Of a stretch of 64,000 nt of DNA, positions 19,456 through 27,755 are shown in pieces. How positions within the stretch are numbered: position 1 is the stretch's first letter; the number at the start of each line of letters is the position of its first letter. This DNA is from an uncultured Bacilli bacterium (GTDB lineage Bacteria > Bacillota_I > Bacilli_A > RFN20 > CAG-449): positions 12,823-76,822 of the forward strand of contig CANQEO010000001.1 in NCBI GenBank assembly GCA_947595215.1, given 5' to 3'. The notes beneath the pieces are model-generated. The model made no database searches. It saw only the letters and a program-made list of their open reading frames with translations, and was not told the origin of the DNA. The translations under genes and the position numbers were made by a program.

Positions 19456-20300
19456 AATTCAATACCTAAAAGTGCAAAGACATCAAATGAGGTTATTGAT
19501 AAAGTGATTAGACCACCTAAAATAATTACAATAAACCCTAATGATAATGTATCTCGTAAGCACCATTTCATTTTGCGATAACGCGTTCTTTTTCCTGAAG
19601 GGTCATATCCACGAGCTTCCATAGCATTAGCTAGTTCTTCGCTTCTTTGAATCGATGAGATAAATAAAGGTATAATTAAAGAAATAATCGCTTTTATTTT
19701 ATCTTTTAATTTACCATCTTCAAAATCGACACCACGAGATGACTGTGCTTTCATAATTCGATCTGTTTCTTCAAGTAAAGTAGGAATAAATCTTAACGCT
19801 AAAGAAATAATCATCGATATTTCATGAACTGGGAAACGAATTAATTTTAACGGAGTCATCAACCATTCCAAACCATAAGTTAAATCAAGTGGTTTAGTTG
19901 TAGAAGTTAAAATCATCGTCAAAGACAACATTAGAACTAATCTAATGATGATATAGAGAGTGTTAAAAATAGCGTTATAGTATATCTTAAATCCGTTTAT
20001 CTCCACTAATACATCACCAGTTGAGGGAATTAAGATGTTAATTATAAGTAAAAAACAAATCATTAGCCACATTGGCTTTAATGACTTAAATAGAGTTATT
20101 AACTTAATTTTAGCAATTCTCATCATTATATAAATTACAATTGCTAAAATTCCGTATATCAAAAAATTCATTGCAGTCGATACAAATTTAAAAAATATCA
20201 TCACCATAAAAGCGATTAACGCAACGATTTTTAATCGTGGATCCAAACGATGAATTAAGGAATTATAAGGTACATACCTTCCTAAAGCGATTTCTTTCAT
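19452..20300 (-). CDS. ecfT: energy-coupling factor transporter transmembrane protein
   Basis: Polytopic membrane protein with the conserved ARG/ALESRG-type coupling helices (ISLALRFIP...AQSSRG...AMEARGY). Confidence 0.92.
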   Translation of the reverse strand: MKEIALGRYVPYNSLIHRLDPRLKIVALIAFMVMIFFKFVSTAMNFLIYGILAIVIYIMMRIAKIKLITLFKSLKPMWLMICFLLIINILIPSTGDVLVEINGFKIYYNAIFNTLYIIIRLVLMLSLTMILTSTTKPLDLTYGLEWLMTPLKLIRFPVHEISMIISLALRFIPTLLEETDRIMKAQSSRGVDFEDGKLKDKIKAIISLIIPLFISSIQRSEELANAMEARGYDPSGKRTRYRKMKWCLRDTLSLGFIVIILGGLITLSITSFDVFALLGIEL

Positions 20301-21157
20301 TTATTTTTTCTCGCTTTCACTATTTCATCAACCAACGAATTTAAATCTCGTATCAAATTTAGATTTAGATTCAGGCCTTTTTTAATGAGTTTTTTTGCAA
20401 ATGAAATAATATGTGGCTCTTCAAGTCCAACATTATGAAGAATGTTATCATCTTTAAATAACTCAATTGGAGTACATACTTTTTCAACTCTTGCTTTTTT
20501 CATTACTACAACTTGATTGCAATATGTAAGAACATTATTCATATCGTGAGTAATCATAATGATAGTAGTACCATTTTCATTATTTTGTTTAAAAAGATTC
20601 ATCATCTCTTTAGCGCCTTTGGGGTCTAAGCCTGCTGTCGGTTCATCTAACACTAAAATCTTTGGCTCTAAAGCGATGATTCCGGCTATTGCTACGCGAC
20701 GTTTTTGTCCCCCAGATAATTCAAACGGAGATTTATCAAAAAGATTCTCATCAATTCCAACCGATAACAAAGCTTTCTTTGCTTTATCAAAAGCAACTTT
20801 ATTATTTTCTTTAAAATTTTTAGGACCAAAAGCAACATCTTTTAAAACAGTTTCTTCAAATAATTGGTATTCTGGAAATTGAAAAACTAATCCTGCATAT
20901 TTTTTTAAATTAACTAATCCTTTTATTTTTTTAGTACTAGAAGAGATTACAAAATCTCCAACAGTTACTTCTCCGCTTGTTGGGCGAAGTAAAGCATTAA
21001 TATGTTGCACTAAAGTTGATTTCCCACTTCCGGTGTGACCGATTATCGCTGTGAATGATCCTTCCTTAATACCCAGATTAATATTTTCTAACGCAGTATA
21101 TTCAAATGGAGATTTTGGAAGATAAGTATAATATACATGTGAAAAGTTTATTGGCAT
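20297..21157 (-). CDS. ecfA2: ECF transporter ATPase A2
   Basis: ABC ATPase with GHTGSGKST, LSGGQKRRVAIA and LVLDEPTAGLD. It is the second of two tandem ecfA genes. Confidence 0.93.
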   Translation of the reverse strand: MPINFSHVYYTYLPKSPFEYTALENINLGIKEGSFTAIIGHTGSGKSTLVQHINALLRPTSGEVTVGDFVISSSTKKIKGLVNLKKYAGLVFQFPEYQLFEETVLKDVAFGPKNFKENNKVAFDKAKKALLSVGIDENLFDKSPFELSGGQKRRVAIAGIIALEPKILVLDEPTAGLDPKGAKEMMNLFKQNNENGTTIIMITHDMNNVLTYCNQVVVMKKARVEKVCTPIELFKDDNILHNVGLEEPHIISFAKKLIKKGLNLNLNLIRDLNSLVDEIVKARKNK

Positions 21158-21963
21158 AAAAATTCCACCACCTTATCTTCATCTTCAATACTAGCAACAT
21201 CAATTCCTTTTTTATAAAGAGCATTTTTTAAACTAGTTAGAAACGGGATATCCAAATCAATAGTTAGTAATTCATCTGTTTTTGAAAACACCTCTTTTGG
21301 TGTTCCATCTAAAATTATATTTCCATCCGAAAGAACAATCACTCTATCCGAAGAAGCGGCTTCTTCAATATCATGAGTGATAGAAAGTACTGTAAGATTT
21401 GAATTTTCATCTTTCATCTTCTTAACTAATGAAATAACTTCATTTCGACCTTTAGGATCAAGCATTGCAGTCGCTTCATCGAGGATCAAAATATCGGGAT
21501 GCATCGCTAAAATACCAGCAAGAGCAACTCTTTGTTTTTGTCCACCAGAAAGATTAGATGGTTCTTTATCTAAAAAGTCAATCATACCAACTTTAACGGC
21601 AAATTCGTTAACAATTTTATCCATGTCTTCATGTGGAATACAACGATTTTCAAGTCCAAATGCAATATCATCTCTAACAGTAGAGCCGATAAATTGGTTA
21701 TCCGGATTTTGAAAAACGATGCCTGTCTTACTTCTAATCTTTTGTATGTTCTTTTCATTAACATCTAAATTCATTATTTTAATGTTTCCGGAGTTTGCCT
21801 CTAATAAACCTACTAATAACTTGGCTAAAGTTGATTTGCCACTACCATTATGACCGATTATAGACACAAAACTTCCTAGTTCTATTTCTAAAGACAAATC
21901 GTGTAAGATTTCTTTATCCTTCGCATAGGAAAATGATAGGTTAGTAATCTCAATTGCTTTCAT
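21148..21963 (-). CDS. ecfA1: ECF transporter ATPase A1
   Basis: ABC ATPase with GHNGSGKST, LSGGQKQRVALA and LILDEATAMLD. The start is set at the ATG at 21963 (MKAIEITNLSF, AAGGA RBS). Confidence 0.93.
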   Translation of the reverse strand: MKAIEITNLSFSYAKDKEILHDLSLEIELGSFVSIIGHNGSGKSTLAKLLVGLLEANSGNIKIMNLDVNEKNIQKIRSKTGIVFQNPDNQFIGSTVRDDIAFGLENRCIPHEDMDKIVNEFAVKVGMIDFLDKEPSNLSGGQKQRVALAGILAMHPDILILDEATAMLDPKGRNEVISLVKKMKDENSNLTVLSITHDIEEAASSDRVIVLSDGNIILDGTPKEVFSKTDELLTIDLDIPFLTSLKNALYKKGIDVASIEDEDKVVEFLCQ

Positions 21964-21967
21964 TATC

Positions 21968-22168
21968 TCATTTTCCTTTCTTATTTCTAGATAAAAAATA
22001 TACCACAATACAATATATTATGGTGGCCAATAAGAAGACACCAAAGAATATTAAATGATGTTGTACACTTTTAATGTGAAGTAATTCGTATGTAGTTGAA
22101 AAGATTGGCACAAACAACATCAGATATACTATAATCCAAATAATTATTTTTTTAGTTTTACTAGACAT
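21968..22168 (-). CDS. small membrane protein (66 aa, two predicted TM helices)
   Basis: Hydrophobic segments [16 protein letters not shown] and [21 protein letters not shown]. It is tightly coupled, overlapping the deaminase stop and ending 4 nt before the ecfA1 start. Confidence 0.5.
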   Translation of the reverse strand: MSSKTKKIIIWIIVYLMLFVPIFSTTYELLHIKSVQHHLIFFGVFLLATIIYCIVVYFLSRNKKGK

Positions 22169-22655
22169 TGATTACATCCTTAACTTTAATATCGATTGCT
22201 CTTCCTTCATATTGACGATATTTTATTTTAGCTAAGTCAAAAAGACGTTTGGACGCTCTTGTTTCAATTGTATTAGCATATTTATCTTCAATATAAATAA
22301 CCTCTTTAATCCCAGCTTGAATAATAGCTTTAGCGCACTCGTTACAAGGAAATAAAGTGACATAAATTCGACATCCTTGAAGAGAACATAAAGAATTTAA
22401 AATCGCATTAAATTCAGCATGGCATACATATGGATATTTAGTATCGTATTTGCTTTCAGCTTCACGTTCCCATGGAAGTTCATCATCAGGGCAACCGCTC
22501 GGCATACCATTATAACCCATTGTTACGACTTTATTCTCAGGTGAGGCTACACATGCACCAACTTGAGTTGAAGGATCTTTACTTCGAAGAGCCGATAGAA
22601 CAGCTACTCCCATGAAGTATTCATCCCAATTTAAATAATCTTCTCTCTTTGGCAT
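22161..22655 (-). CDS. comEB: dCMP deaminase (ComEB family)
   Basis: 164 aa with the zinc motifs HAEFNAI and PCNECAK. Confidence 0.9.
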   Translation of the reverse strand: MPKREDYLNWDEYFMGVAVLSALRSKDPSTQVGACVASPENKVVTMGYNGMPSGCPDDELPWEREAESKYDTKYPYVCHAEFNAILNSLCSLQGCRIYVTLFPCNECAKAIIQAGIKEVIYIEDKYANTIETRASKRLFDLAKIKYRQYEGRAIDIKVKDVINV

Positions 22656-22726
22656 TTATATCACTTCCTAATTTTTAATTTTACCATTTCATTGCTGTCT
22701 TTTAAATAATTTGAACTAATTGTTTT

Positions 22727-22765
22727 ATTAAAAAAGGTTGGATTATAGCGTTCCAACCTTTTTAA
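22727..22765. terminator. terminator after lipoprotein A1 (bidirectional form)
   Basis: AAGGTTGGA (22734-22742) pairs with TCCAACCTT (22752-22760) in a perfect 9-bp stem. An A-run precedes it and a T-run follows. Confidence 0.75.
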
Positions 22766-22789
22766 CTCATATGTTTACTTAACTTTAAT

Positions 22790-24658
22790 CTATGCTAAAT
22801 CAAAGATTAAAGTTAATTTAAATCTATCTCCACTAAAGTTTTCAGTAGAAACACCAATAGATAATTGAGTTTTTTCATCATTTACTCTTTCGCTTTCGTA
22901 ATCTTTCGAAATAGCAGCAAAATCATCCTCATCACTAAAACTAGATTTCCAATTTGAAATTACAAATGCGGATCCATCATAATTCCATTTAAATGTTGCA
23001 TACGAGGATACCATATATAATCTATTTGTAGGGTTAGCACTCCAAACACCGCTCATTTTTAATGAGCCTGTTTTATCCGCATTCAGTTTTAATACTGATG
23101 TGACATCGACTTCAACACCATCAAAATCAACAGTGTCAATACGAGAATGAGTACCTACTAAGAAAGAAACATCTACTCTTTCGACAATCGTTAAATCGAC
23201 AGAAGCAGTTTTACTTGAATCAGAACTTGAAATCGCAGTTACAGTTACTTTTCCCGGATTAAGTCCAGTAATTGTTAGAGCACTATAATCTTCACTTATT
23301 TTATAACTAACAATAGAATCTTCACTAAGTTCAACCGTGAATGCATGGTTAGCTCCTGTTGGCATAATACTCATTCCAATTTCAAGAGAATCTTCAACTT
23401 GAATAGTTTTCTGTTCTTCAGAGAGCGCTTTGAAGCCAAAACTGACAACAGGAGGATAAATAGCGGTAACCTCAATAGTTTTGGTTATCAAACCAAATTT
23501 ATCACCTACAACAAGATTAGTTGTACCTTCATCAATGACCTCAAATGTATCTATATATTGAGTTTTTCTTATAACATTTTCATTATCACTGCTCAAAATT
23601 TTGAACATGCTTGAATCAATCGCTGTAGCGGGTAAGAAATTATTGATATTAATCTGTAATTGTTTTCCTACTTCAACTTCATTCTTATTATGAGAACTAG
23701 AATTATAATAACTGCTAGAAATAGAAACATCTCCTAATTCTGAAATGTAATAAGATGATTTATCAAAATCTAAATTTTCAACACTGCCGTACACAATATT
23801 GCTAATTTCCCTTCCGGTTTGAGAAGCAGGTTTTTGATTGGCATCAATTAGTTTATTAATATCACTATCAAAGTTTTTAGAGTTCCATGTGTTGTAATAA
23901 AAAGAACCGCTGACAAGATTATTTTCACTATCAAATTTATAAACTGTATGATATGTAGCAACAACCGAAATAGAATTTGAAAGTGCATCGTATGTAAATG
24001 TAAATCCTCCATCTTTATCACGTACAATTTCCATTTGATTATCTTTATCAGGCAGTGGGTTTACCCCGGGAACAACAGATTTCAAACTATAAGAATCTCT
24101 CGCACCTTCGACAAACCAAGCTAAATCATAATTTATATTGTTTTGCATCTCAGTTTTTGCTTCATCTAACGTCTTTTCTAGATTAGAGTCAGTTACCGAT
24201 TCAACAATCTTAAACTTATCCGCAGGTTTAGAACTATCTGGTTCGATTGCATAATAATATTCTGAATCATAACCATGGTATAACATATATTCCACATTAA
24301 GATCGTCGAGATCTCTCATTCCTTCTTCTAATACACCATCATTAGCAATTTTTACGATACCATATCTACCAAGGCTTGCGATATCCTTAAACGATAATGA
24401 GGTAATACTCTTATCTAATGAAGCATTTACTAAAGCAACAACTTCATCTAGTGTTTTGGGAAGTGGTGTTTCTTCTTCGGATGATTCTTCTTCACTGCTA
24501 TCTTCAGAACTAACTTCATTTGATGTATCATTTTCAGTTAGAGAATCAGAAGTTGGATTAGAATTAATATCTGACTGACTGCTTCCTTCATCGCCGGGAT
24601 TACATGCCATTAATGATAAGGTAGTAAGAGATACTAGTAATAATTTTATTTTTTTCAT
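22790..24658 (-). CDS. large surface lipoprotein, paralog A1 (622 aa)
   Basis: Start at 24658 (MKKIKLLLVSLTTLSLMAC lipobox; GAAAGGAAGGAAAG RBS). It has an acidic S/E-rich linker, Big_2-like segments and the shared C-terminal module. The ORF-track extension MLYIFISHNIILNNFERKERF covers the promoter. Confidence 0.85.
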   Translation of the reverse strand: MKKIKLLLVSLTTLSLMACNPGDEGSSQSDINSNPTSDSLTENDTSNEVSSEDSSEEESSEEETPLPKTLDEVVALVNASLDKSITSLSFKDIASLGRYGIVKIANDGVLEEGMRDLDDLNVEYMLYHGYDSEYYYAIEPDSSKPADKFKIVESVTDSNLEKTLDEAKTEMQNNINYDLAWFVEGARDSYSLKSVVPGVNPLPDKDNQMEIVRDKDGGFTFTYDALSNSISVVATYHTVYKFDSENNLVSGSFYYNTWNSKNFDSDINKLIDANQKPASQTGREISNIVYGSVENLDFDKSSYYISELGDVSISSSYYNSSSHNKNEVEVGKQLQININNFLPATAIDSSMFKILSSDNENVIRKTQYIDTFEVIDEGTTNLVVGDKFGLITKTIEVTAIYPPVVSFGFKALSEEQKTIQVEDSLEIGMSIMPTGANHAFTVELSEDSIVSYKISEDYSALTITGLNPGKVTVTAISSSDSSKTASVDLTIVERVDVSFLVGTHSRIDTVDFDGVEVDVTSVLKLNADKTGSLKMSGVWSANPTNRLYMVSSYATFKWNYDGSAFVISNWKSSFSDEDDFAAISKDYESERVNDEKTQLSIGVSTENFSGDRFKLTLIFDLA

Positions 24659-24689
24659 AAATCTTTCCTTCCTTTCAAAGTTATTTAAA

Positions 24690-24718
24690 ATTATATTGTG
24701 AGATATAAAAATATACAA
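24690..24718 (-). promoter_or_regulatory. sigma-A-type promoter of lipoprotein A (duplicated at 29671-29699)
   Basis: On the minus strand: TTGTAT, a 17-nt spacer, then TATAAT. It lies about 30 nt upstream of the RBS. Confidence 0.6.
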
Positions 24719-24821
24719 CATTTTTATTAAAAAATGAAAATAGCTGTGTAAAATTATCAGCTTTTTTGTAAATTAATTTCAAAATCTTTGCTAAATTCTT
24801 TTAAACATTATTTAAACTGCT

Positions 24822-24851
24822 TATAATGTGATAAACAATCATATTGTTTAT
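24822..24851 (+). promoter_or_regulatory. -10 box plus 9-3-9 palindrome upstream of lipoprotein B (duplicated at 29803-29832)
   Basis: TATAAT at 24822-24827. It is followed by the perfect palindrome ATAAACAAT-CAT-ATTGTTTAT (24831-24851), just before the AAAGGAGA RBS. Confidence 0.45.
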
Positions 24852-24873
24852 TTAACTAAAGGAGATGGAAGTT

Positions 24874-26283
24874 ATGAAAAAAAGAAAGCTATTATTAACT
24901 TTGACTACTGTCGTTTTAGTTGGTCTTGTCGGCTGTGATCAAGAAAATCCTTCAACAAGTAGTAGTGATAGTGAACACCCAACTGTCGATCAAAGTTTTG
25001 CTCAAGTTTTAGCTAACGCCAAAAAAAGTGTCAATATCGTTGGTGAATATATATCCGTTTATACAGATGATGGAGAAATTGATGAAGAAGGAAGTTACGA
25101 TATTACTATCGCCTCTGATTTCTATCAAACATCTCGTTACTATACGGGTTCTTACGGAAGAGAATATGATGAAAATTATACTTTTGTAAAAGGTGATGAT
25201 GGAAAGATTTACGAACGTACTCTTTCTCTTAAAAATACACCCACTGATGTGATTTATAAAAATAGTTTTAATGGCGAAGAATTAAATTATGATGAACTTT
25301 GCTTAAATCCCTTTGAATCATTAGAAATCGATGATTTTTATGTTGATGAAAATGGACGCTATTCAGTAAATACAAACGCTGTCAACGCTTTTAAAGGAAT
25401 TACTATCCTTGAAAGTATTCGTGATATTTACTTCTTCCCTGAATTACAAGTTGAAAGTGTTTCATTTGAATATAATAATGGTGTTTTATCCGATGGTATT
25501 ATTTCTACTGTGCCACAAAAAGATCATACCGTATTTGAATGGAATTTCTATTATGAATTTACTTTCGAAATTGATTTCCCCGGTGAATTAGATATTCCTG
25601 AGGTTGAAACTCTCCCAAGCAATGAATCACATGAAATTTTAAAAACTGCATTAAATAAAATGCATGAAAAAATGTCTGGAAACAACTATACCATTCACGC
25701 TTACTATGGTGACGATGAACTCGATTCAGAATATGACACTTACTATTATGGAGATGGGTGTTATAGCGAATTCCACCCTCTTCTTTACTCATATACCCAA
25801 GGGTATAAATTACATGCAGATGGAAAATATTATCGCTATAGATATTATTTAGCCGATGATTCATTTGATCATAAAGCCGGAGAATTAATTTATGATGTTG
25901 ATCTTGGAGGATACTATGTAGGTAGTAAATCCGTTATCAATAGTTTAGAAGAAATAGGTGCTGATTTTTCAATTTTTGCGCCAGAATTTTTCAAAAGCAA
26001 TACAGCGAATACTCTCTTCACTACAAGTAACAGAAAATATAGCGAAGCTATTTATAATGCTTTTACTCCATTTGTTGATAAATCAGATGGTGATTATGAT
26101 GTTAGAAGTATCACAATCGAATTAGATAGCACTACGAAAGAAATCACTTCTATCAGCGGTGTCGCTTACGATAATTACGCAGAATATGAATATGAATTCA
26201 CATATACCTATGGCTCTTTTGGATCAACTGTAAATCCTCTCGATGACCAAATTCGCGGTGGCGTACCTGATAAGAATTCATAA
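24874..26283 (+). CDS. lipoprotein, family B copy 1 (469 aa)
   Basis: MKKRKLLLTLTTVVLVGLVGC has a lipobox. The start is at the second ATG, 9 nt after AGGAGA. The body has two tandem modules, each beginning with a helix and an N-Y/F-T motif (ALNKMHEKMSGNNYTIHAYY). Confidence 0.85.
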   Translation: MKKRKLLLTLTTVVLVGLVGCDQENPSTSSSDSEHPTVDQSFAQVLANAKKSVNIVGEYISVYTDDGEIDEEGSYDITIASDFYQTSRYYTGSYGREYDENYTFVKGDDGKIYERTLSLKNTPTDVIYKNSFNGEELNYDELCLNPFESLEIDDFYVDENGRYSVNTNAVNAFKGITILESIRDIYFFPELQVESVSFEYNNGVLSDGIISTVPQKDHTVFEWNFYYEFTFEIDFPGELDIPEVETLPSNESHEILKTALNKMHEKMSGNNYTIHAYYGDDELDSEYDTYYYGDGCYSEFHPLLYSYTQGYKLHADGKYYRYRYYLADDSFDHKAGELIYDVDLGGYYVGSKSVINSLEEIGADFSIFAPEFFKSNTANTLFTTSNRKYSEAIYNAFTPFVDKSDGDYDVRSITIELDSTTKEITSISGVAYDNYAEYEYEFTYTYGSFGSTVNPLDDQIRGGVPDKNS

Positions 26284-26300
26284 TATGTAGGTGTAAAATT

Positions 26301-27584
26301 ATGAAAAAGAATTTAATTGTCGCATCGGTTCTACTTGTTTCAGTATTTGTCATTGCCAGTTGCGAAAATGGCGCAGAACCAACTTCAAGCGAATTACCGA
26401 GTCAAACATTTAATTACAATAACGCTCTTCAATATGTAAAAAATCATACCTTCTCTCTTGAAGGTGATGTCAACATGGTCTTTGATGAATATGGTGACAC
26501 AATCGGTACTAAAAGTAATCATGTGAAAAGTGCCTTTAACGAAAGCATTGTCTCTTTTTCTAATAGTTACTATTACGAAATATCTGATGATGAAACAATA
26601 TCGATGGACTCTACTGGATATACGGTATTTGAAAAAGAAGATGGTAAAGCTTACGTTAGAACCATCACCATGCAAAACAAAGTTAAAGATGTTGTTTATA
26701 CTGATGATAACGAACAACCAATAATATTTAAAGATTATTTTTACAACCCATTCAAGGATTTAAAATTCAGCGATTTCACCAGATCCGGAAATAATGTTTT
26801 ATTGAAAACAACTAAACGCGATACCTTAGCATCAAAGTTATTTCCACAAGCTGATATGATCTATTTCAGTAGTGGAGATACCTTATCATTTACAGTGAAA
26901 GATGATAAATTTGACACATTGACCTTCGACGTAAGTGCTGGCTTCTTAGACTTTTCGGTTTCTTATCGCTACACTTTACAATTTACTTACGATGTCGAAT
27001 TAGAGATTCCAAATATCACCCCATATCCACATCGCGATGAACATGATGATCTTAAAGAAGCTTTAGACAAACTTCAAGATTCCATCAGAGATTTGAACTA
27101 TACTACTTTTGTTTCATTAGATGGAGTAAGTTCATTTAATATTTATGAAACTTATAATACCATTTACACTTCCGCAGTTGATGAAACGGGATATACTTAT
27201 GGTTTAGTAGAAGAAAATGATGGGATGTATTATTTTAACTATGATGGTGAAAAAGTAACCATCGACCATAGTGAAAATTATGGTGAACGAGAATATTACG
27301 AACCAAGTTTCCTTAACTTTGCACCAGAATTCTTCACTTTATATGATGATGGCAAATACTATGTAGAAGATGCATTTGTTGCATCTGTCGCCCTATTAAT
27401 AGCCCCATTCAATTTACAATACTCCTTCTATAATAATGCTTATACAATAGCAATAACCTTAGATAATGGAGAAATCTCTACTATTGAAGTCTCTTTCTTC
27501 GATATGAATTACTTTAGTTCTGGAACCTATACTTTAGAATATGGTGCTTTCGGTACTACTCATCTTCCTTTTTCTTATAATTAG
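26301..27584 (+). CDS. lipoprotein, family B divergent paralog (427 aa)
   Basis: MKKNLIVASVLLVSVFVIASC has a lipobox. Alignable by eye with family B, e.g. EALDKLQDSIRDLNYTTFVS and NFAPEFFTLYDDGKYY versus IFAPEFFKSNTAN. Confidence 0.8.
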   Translation: MKKNLIVASVLLVSVFVIASCENGAEPTSSELPSQTFNYNNALQYVKNHTFSLEGDVNMVFDEYGDTIGTKSNHVKSAFNESIVSFSNSYYYEISDDETISMDSTGYTVFEKEDGKAYVRTITMQNKVKDVVYTDDNEQPIIFKDYFYNPFKDLKFSDFTRSGNNVLLKTTKRDTLASKLFPQADMIYFSSGDTLSFTVKDDKFDTLTFDVSAGFLDFSVSYRYTLQFTYDVELEIPNITPYPHRDEHDDLKEALDKLQDSIRDLNYTTFVSLDGVSSFNIYETYNTIYTSAVDETGYTYGLVEENDGMYYFNYDGEKVTIDHSENYGEREYYEPSFLNFAPEFFTLYDDGKYYVEDAFVASVALLIAPFNLQYSFYNNAYTIAITLDNGEISTIEVSFFDMNYFSSGTYTLEYGAFGTTHLPFSYN

Positions 27585-27599
27585 TTTATCAAAAAAATT

Positions 27600-27637
27600 A
27601 ATCGCAGTTTAATTCGTTGAACTGCGATTTTTTATTA
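27600..27637 (+). terminator. Rho-independent terminator
   Basis: AATCGCAGTT-TAATTCGTTG-AACTGCGATT forms a perfect 10-bp stem followed by TTTTTATT. Confidence 0.8.
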
Positions 27638-27697
27638 AATTCTTTCTATAAGATACTAATAAAAAGTCAACTTGTTTTAAAATAAAACTTAAACTAT

Positions 27698-27730
27698 CTA
27701 AAAAGGATTAGATTAGCTAATCCTTTTTAA
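27698..27730 (-). terminator. Rho-independent terminator after lipoprotein A2
   Basis: AAGGATTAG (27703-27711) pairs with CTAATCCTT (27717-27725) in a 9-bp stem with a 5-nt loop. A U-run follows on the minus strand. Confidence 0.7.
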
Positions 27731-27755
27731 ATTTATTTACTTATTAACTGAAATG

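Larger units (their letters stand above)
24383..26276. repeat. 1894-bp direct repeat, copy 1
   Basis: Reads identically to 29364-31257 (offset 4981). It covers codons 1-92 of lipoprotein A, the 215-bp divergent promoter region and all but the last two sense codons and stop of the 469-aa lipoprotein B gene. The main protein and three alternative-frame ORF-track translations are identical between the two copies. Confidence 0.9.

Noticed and set aside
20559-20882. Antisense or alternate-frame ORFs inside long conserved genes (for example 6243-6488, 20559-20882, 21377-21712, 41876-42157, 42821-43141, 44210-44554)
   Set aside because: All lie within strongly supported conserved CDSs on the opposite strand or in another frame. 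None shows any family resemblance. Such ORFs are typical of chance open frames opposite real genes.
24659-24721. N-terminal extension MLYIFISHNIILNNFERKERF of lipoproteins A1 and A2 (also 29640-29702)
   Set aside because: The extension runs through the TTGTAT-17-TATAAT promoter and the RBS. The internal MKKIKLLL start gives a textbook lipoprotein signal peptide.
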